Assembly: GCA_964016885.1 (NCBI GenBank)
Contig: OZ024752.1
Span: forward strand, 23,250,001-23,314,000
Length of the DNA stretch: 64,000 nt
Direction: 5' to 3'
From: Eledone cirrhosa
Lineage: Eukaryota
A model generated the notes under the pieces. It did not search any database. It saw nothing but the letters and a program-made list of their open reading frames with translations, and had not been told where the DNA came from. The translations under genes and the position numbers were made by a program. Of this stretch, positions 58,801 to 64,000 are shown piece by piece (positions within the stretch are counted from its first letter, which is position 1; every line of letters starts with the position of its first letter).

Positions 58801-59299
58801 GTTCTAATGACTGTCATTCTATCTGACGTTCTAACCACTGTCATCCTATCTGACTTTCTAACGACTGTCATTCTATCTGACGTTCTAACGACTGTCATTC
58901 TATCTGACGTTCTAGCGATTGTCATCCTATCTGACGTTCTAACGACTGTCATTCTATCTGACGTTCTAACGACTGTCATTCTATCTGACATTCAAGCGAC
59001 TGTCATTCTATTTCACGTTCTAAGGACTGTCATTCTATCTGAAATTCTAGCGACTGTCATTCTGTCTGACGTTCTAACAACCGTCATTCTATCTGACGTT
59101 CTAATGACTGTCATTCTATATGACATTCTAGCAACTGTCATTCTATCTAACGTTCTAACCACTGTCATTCTATCTGATGTTCTAGCGACTGTCATTCCAT
59201 CTGAAGTTCTAACGACTGTCATTCTATCTGCCGTTCTAACGACTGACATTCTATCTGATGTTCTAACGACTGTCATTCTATCTGACGTTCTAACAACTG

Positions 59300-62200
59300 T
59301 CATTCTATCTGACGTTCTAACCACTGTCATTCTATTTGATGTTCTAACGACTGTCATTCTATCTTACGTTCTAACAACTGTCATTCTATCTGACGTTCTA
59401 ACGACTGTTATTCTATCTGATTTTCTAACGACTGTCATTCTATCTGACGTTCTAGCGACTGTCATTCTATCTAAGTTCTAATGACTGTCATTCTATCTGA
59501 CGTTCTAACCACTGTCATTCTATCTGACGTCCTAGCGACTGTCATTCTATCTGATGTTCTAACCACTGTCATTCTATCTGACGTTCTAGCGATTGTCATC
59601 CTATCTGACTTTCTAATGACTGTCATTCTATCTGACGTTCTAACGACTGTCATTCTATCTGACGTCCTAGCGACTGTCATTCTATCTAACCTTCTAGCGA
59701 CTGTCATTCTATCTGACGTTCTAACGACTGTCATTCTATCTGACGTTCTAACAACTGTCATTCTATCTGACGTTCTAATGACTGTAATTCTATCTGACAT
59801 TCTAGCAACTGTCATTCGATCTAACGTTCTAACAACTGTCATTCTATCTGAGTTCTAACGACTGTCATTCTATCTGACGTTCTAGGACCTGTCATTCTAT
59901 CTGACGTTCTAACGACTGTCATTCTACCTGACATTCTAGCAACTGTCATTCTATCTAACGTTCTAACAACTGTCATTCTATCTGACGTTCTAGCGACTGT
60001 CATTCTATCTGACAGTCTAGCGACTGTCATTCTACCTGACGTTCTAGCGACTGTCATTCTACCTGACGTTCTAGTGACTGTAACTTTATCTGACGTGCTA
60101 ACGACTCCCATTCTACCTGACGTTCTAACAACTGTCATTCTATCTGACGTTCTAACGACTGTCATTTTATCTGACGTTCTAACGACTGTCATTCTATCTG
60201 ACGTTCTAACAACTGTCATTCTATCTGACGTTCTAACGACTGTCATTCTATCTGACGTTCAAGCGACTGTCATTCTATTTCACGTTATAAAGACTGTCAT
60301 TCTATCTGACATTCTAGCGATTGTCATTCTATCTGACGTTCTAACAACTGTCATTCTATCTAACGTTCTAACCACTGTCATTCTATCTGAGTTCTAACGA
60401 CTGTCATTCTATCTGACATTCTATCTAACGTTCTAACAACTGTCATTATATCTGATGTTCTAACGACTGTCATTCTATCTTACGTTCTAACAACTGTCAT
60501 TCTATCTGACGTTCTAACGACTGTCATTCTATCTGATTTTCTAACGACTGTCATTCTATCTGACGTTCTAGCGACTGTCATTCTATCTGAGTTCTAATGA
60601 CTGTCATTCTATCTGACGTTCTAACCACTGTCATTCTATCTGACGTCCTAGCGACTGTCATTCTATCTGACGTTCTAACCACTGTCATTCTATCTGACGT
60701 TCTAGCGATTGTCATCCTATCTGACTTTATAACGACTGTCATTCTATCTGACGTTCTAACGACTGTCATTCTATCTGACGTTCTAGCGATTGTCATCCTA
60801 TCTGACGTTCTAACGACTGTCATTCTATCTGACGTTCTAACGACTGTCATTCTATCTGACGTCCTAGCGACTGTCATTCTATCTAACCTTCTAGCGACTG
60901 TCATTCTATCTGACGTTCTAACGACTGTCATTCTATCTGACGTTCTAACAACTGTCATTATATCTGACGTTCTAATGACTGTCATTCTATCTGACATTCT
61001 AGTGACTGTCATTCTATCTGACGTTCTAACCACTGTCATTCTATCTGAGTTCTAACGACTGCCATTCTACCTGATGTTCTAGCGACTTTCATTCTATGTG
61101 ACGTTCTAACAACTGTCATTCTATCTGACGTTCTAAGGATTGTCATTCTATCTGACGTTCTAACCACTGTCATTCTATCTGAGTTCTAACGACTGTCATT
61201 CTATCTGACGTCCTAGCGTCTGTCATTCTATCTGACGTTCTAACCAATGTCATTCTATCTGACGTTCTAGCGATTGTCATTTTCTCTGACGTTCTAGTGA
61301 CTGTCATTCTATCTGACGTTCTAACGACTGTCATTCTATCTGACGTTCTAACGACTGTCATCCTATCTGATGTTCTAACGATTGTCATTCTATCTGACAT
61401 TCTAACAACTGTCATTCTATCTGACATTCTAGCGACTGTCATTCTATCTGACGTTCTAACAACTGTCATTCTATCTGACGTTCTAACGACTGTCATCCTA
61501 TCTGATGTTCTAACGATTGTCATTCTATCTGACATTCTAGCAACTGTCATTCTATCTAACGTTGTAAAAACTGTCATTCTATCTGACGTTCTAACAACTG
61601 TCATTCTATCTGACGTTCTAACCACTGTCATTCTATCTGATGTTCTAACGACTGTCATTCTATCTTACGTTCTAACAACTGTCATTCTATCTGACGTTCT
61701 AACGACTGTCATTCTATCTGATTTTCTAACGACTGTCATTCTATCTGACGTTCTAGCGACTGTCATTCTATCTAAGTTCTAATGACTGTCATTCTATCTG
61801 ACGTTCTAACCACTGTCATTCTATCTGACGTCCTAGCGACTGTCATTCTATCTGATGTTCTAACCACTGTCATTCTATCTGACGTTCTAGCGATTGTCAT
61901 CCTATCTGACTTTCTAATGACTGTCATTCTATCTGACGTTCTAACGACTGTCATTCTATCTGACGTTCTAGCGATTGTCATCCTATCTGACGATCTAACG
62001 ACTGTCATTCTATCTGACGTTCTAACGACTGTCATTCTATCTGACGTCCTAGCGACTGTCATTCTATCTAACCTTCTAGCGACTGTTATTCTATCTAACG
62101 TTCTAACAACTGTCATTCTATCTGACGTTCTAGGACCTGTCATTCTATCTGACGTTCTAACGACTGTCATTCTACCTGACATTCTAGCAACTGTCATTCT

Positions 62201-64000
62201 ATCTAACGTTCTAACAACTGTCATTCTATCTGACGTTCTAGCGACTGTCATTCTATCTGACATTCTAACGACTGTCATTCTATCTGACGTTCTAGCGACT
62301 GTCATTCTACCTGACGTTCTAGTGACTGTAACTTTATCTGACGTGCTAACGACTCCCATTCTACCTGACGTTCTAACAACTGTCATTCTATCTGACGTTC
62401 TAACGACTGTCATTTTATCTGACGTTCTAACGACTGTCATTCTATCTGACGTTCTAACAACTGTCATTCTATCTGACGTTCTAACGACTGTCATTCTATC
62501 TGACGTTCAAGCGACTGTCATTCTATTTCACGTTATAAAGACTGTCATTCTATCTGACATTCTAGCGATTGTCATTCTATCTGACGTTCTAACAACTGTC
62601 ATTCTATCTGACGTTCTAACCACTGTCATTCTATCTGAGTTCTAACGACTGTCATTCTATCTGACATTCTATCTAACGTTCTAACAACTGTCATTATATC
62701 TGATGTTCTAACGACTGTCATTCTATCTTACGTTCTAACAACTGTCATTCTATCTGACGTTCTAACGACTGTCATTCTATCTGATTTTCTAACGACTGTC
62801 ATTCTATCTGACGTTCTAGCGACTGTCATTCTATCTGACGTCCTAGCGACTGTCATTCTATCTGACGTTCTAACCACTGTCATTCTATCTGACGTTCTAG
62901 CGATTGTCATCCTATCTGACTTTATAACGACTGTCATTCTATCTGACGTTCTAACGACTGTCATTCTATCTGACGTTCTAGCGATTGTCATCCTATCTGA
63001 CGTTCTAACGACTGTCATTCTATCTGACGTTCTAACGACTGTCATTCTATCTGACGTCCTAGCGACTGTCATTCTATCTAACCTTCTAGCGACTGTCATT
63101 CTATCTGACGTTCTAACGACTGTCATTCTATATGACGTTCTAACAACTGTCATTATATCTGACGTTCTAATGACTGTCATTCTATCTGACATTCTAGTGA
63201 CTGTCATTCTATCTGACGTTCTAACCACTGTCATTCTATCTGAGTTCTAACGACTGCCATTCTACCTGACGTTCTAGCGACTTTCATTCTATGTGACGTT
63301 CTAACAACTGTCATTCTATCTGACGTTCTAAGGATTGTCATTCTATCTGACGTTCTAACCACTGTCATTCTATCTGAGTTCTAACGACTGTCATTCTATC
63401 TGACGTCCTAGCGACTGTCATTCTATCTGACGTTCTAACCAATGTCATTCTATCTGACGTTCTAGCGATTGTCATTTTCTCTGACGTTCTAGTGACTGTC
63501 ATTCTATCTGACGTTCTAACGACTGTCATTCTATCTGAAGTTCTAACGACTGTCATCCTATCTGATGTTCTAACGATTGTCATTCTATCTGACATTCTAA
63601 CAACTGTCATTCTATCTGACATTCTAGCGACTGTCATTCTATCTGACGTTCTAACGACTGTCATTCTATCTGACGTTCTAACAACTGTCATTCTATCTGA
63701 CGTTCTAACGACTGTCATCCTATCTGATGTTCTAACGATTGTCATTCTATCTGACATTCTAGCAACTGTCATTCTATCTAACGTTCTAAAAACTGTCATT
63801 CTATCTGACGTTCTAGCGACTGTCATTCTATCTGACGTTCTAGCGACTGTCATTCTATCTGACGTTCTAGCGACTGTCATTCTATCTGACGTTCTAACAA
63901 CTGTCATTCTATCTAACGTTCTAACGACTGTCATTATATCTGACGTTCTAGCGACTGTCATTCTATCTGAGATTCTAACCACTGTTATTCTATCTGACGT
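59300..64000 (+). repeat. HOR domain F: about 2.2-2.3 kb duplication
   Basis: Private variants TCTAAGTTC at 59470/61771 (offset 2301), TAGGACCTG at 59883/62131 and GACTCCCATT at 60103/62351 (offset 2248), and TTTATAACG at 60726/62921 (offset 2195). Confidence 0.9.

Larger units (their letters stand above)
1..64000 (+). repeat. 27-bp tandem satellite array, consensus ACTGTCATTCTATCTGACGTTCTAACG, about 2,370 monomers, one orientation, extends beyond both window ends
   Basis: The unit is readable throughout the window, and the 9-aa periodic translations confirm a 27-bp period. Most monomers differ from the consensus by a few substitutions. Occasional 26-bp, 25-bp and 12-bp length variants occur. 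No non-repeat sequence was seen. Confidence 0.99.

Noticed and set aside
1-64000. CRISPR array (27 bp is within the repeat size range)
   Set aside because: There are no spacers because monomers abut directly, and no leader or cas genes are present.
1-64000. Telomerase-made long telomeric repeat (budding-yeast type)
   Set aside because: There is no G-rich run, the array is longer than 64 kb, and variants are inherited in kb-scale duplicated blocks, which indicates recombinational amplification rather than templated addition.
1-64000. Sequencing concatemer or rolling-circle artefact
   Set aside because: Variants recur in precise nested higher-order patterns with shared private alleles, which random read error would not produce. 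Exact HOR copy numbers still need read support.
1-64000. Precursor of 27-nt small RNAs, or a nucleosome-phasing code (7x27=189 bp)
   Set aside because: Only a numerical coincidence. No sequence evidence such as a promoter, processing signal, consistent 7-mer HOR or phased A-tracts was seen.
1-64000. Embedded transposons, tRNA/rRNA genes or strand inversions
   Set aside because: No non-monomer segment or reverse-complement monomer (for example AGATAGAATGACAG on the + strand) was seen on reading through the window.

Overview
The whole 64 kb window is one uninterrupted head-to-tail tandem array (satellite DNA) of a 27-bp monomer, consensus ACTGTCATTCTATCTGACGTTCTAACG (about 41% GC, roughly 2,370 copies). 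It runs off both ends. I saw no inversion, transposon insertion, unique sequence, RNA gene or credible protein-coding gene. The listed ORFs (VILSDVLTT on +, RMTVVRTSD on -) are by-products of a 27-bp unit with one stop-free frame per strand. The real structure is hierarchical. (1) The monomer has a C every 4 bp and reads as a degenerate TCTA/TCTG (GATA/GACA-type) tetramer run. (2) It is also a 12+15 bp dimer of related halves, which explains the recurrent 12-bp short monomers. (3) The commonest variants include CpG transitions on both strands, suggesting a methylated, probably eukaryotic heterochromatic array. (4) Variant monomers form ordered haplotype cassettes that have been amplified into at least six local higher-order repeat (HOR) domains with periods of about 1.2-4.0 kb. 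I found no evidence for a new protein-based system. The organism and any function (for example centromeric) cannot be determined from this window alone.
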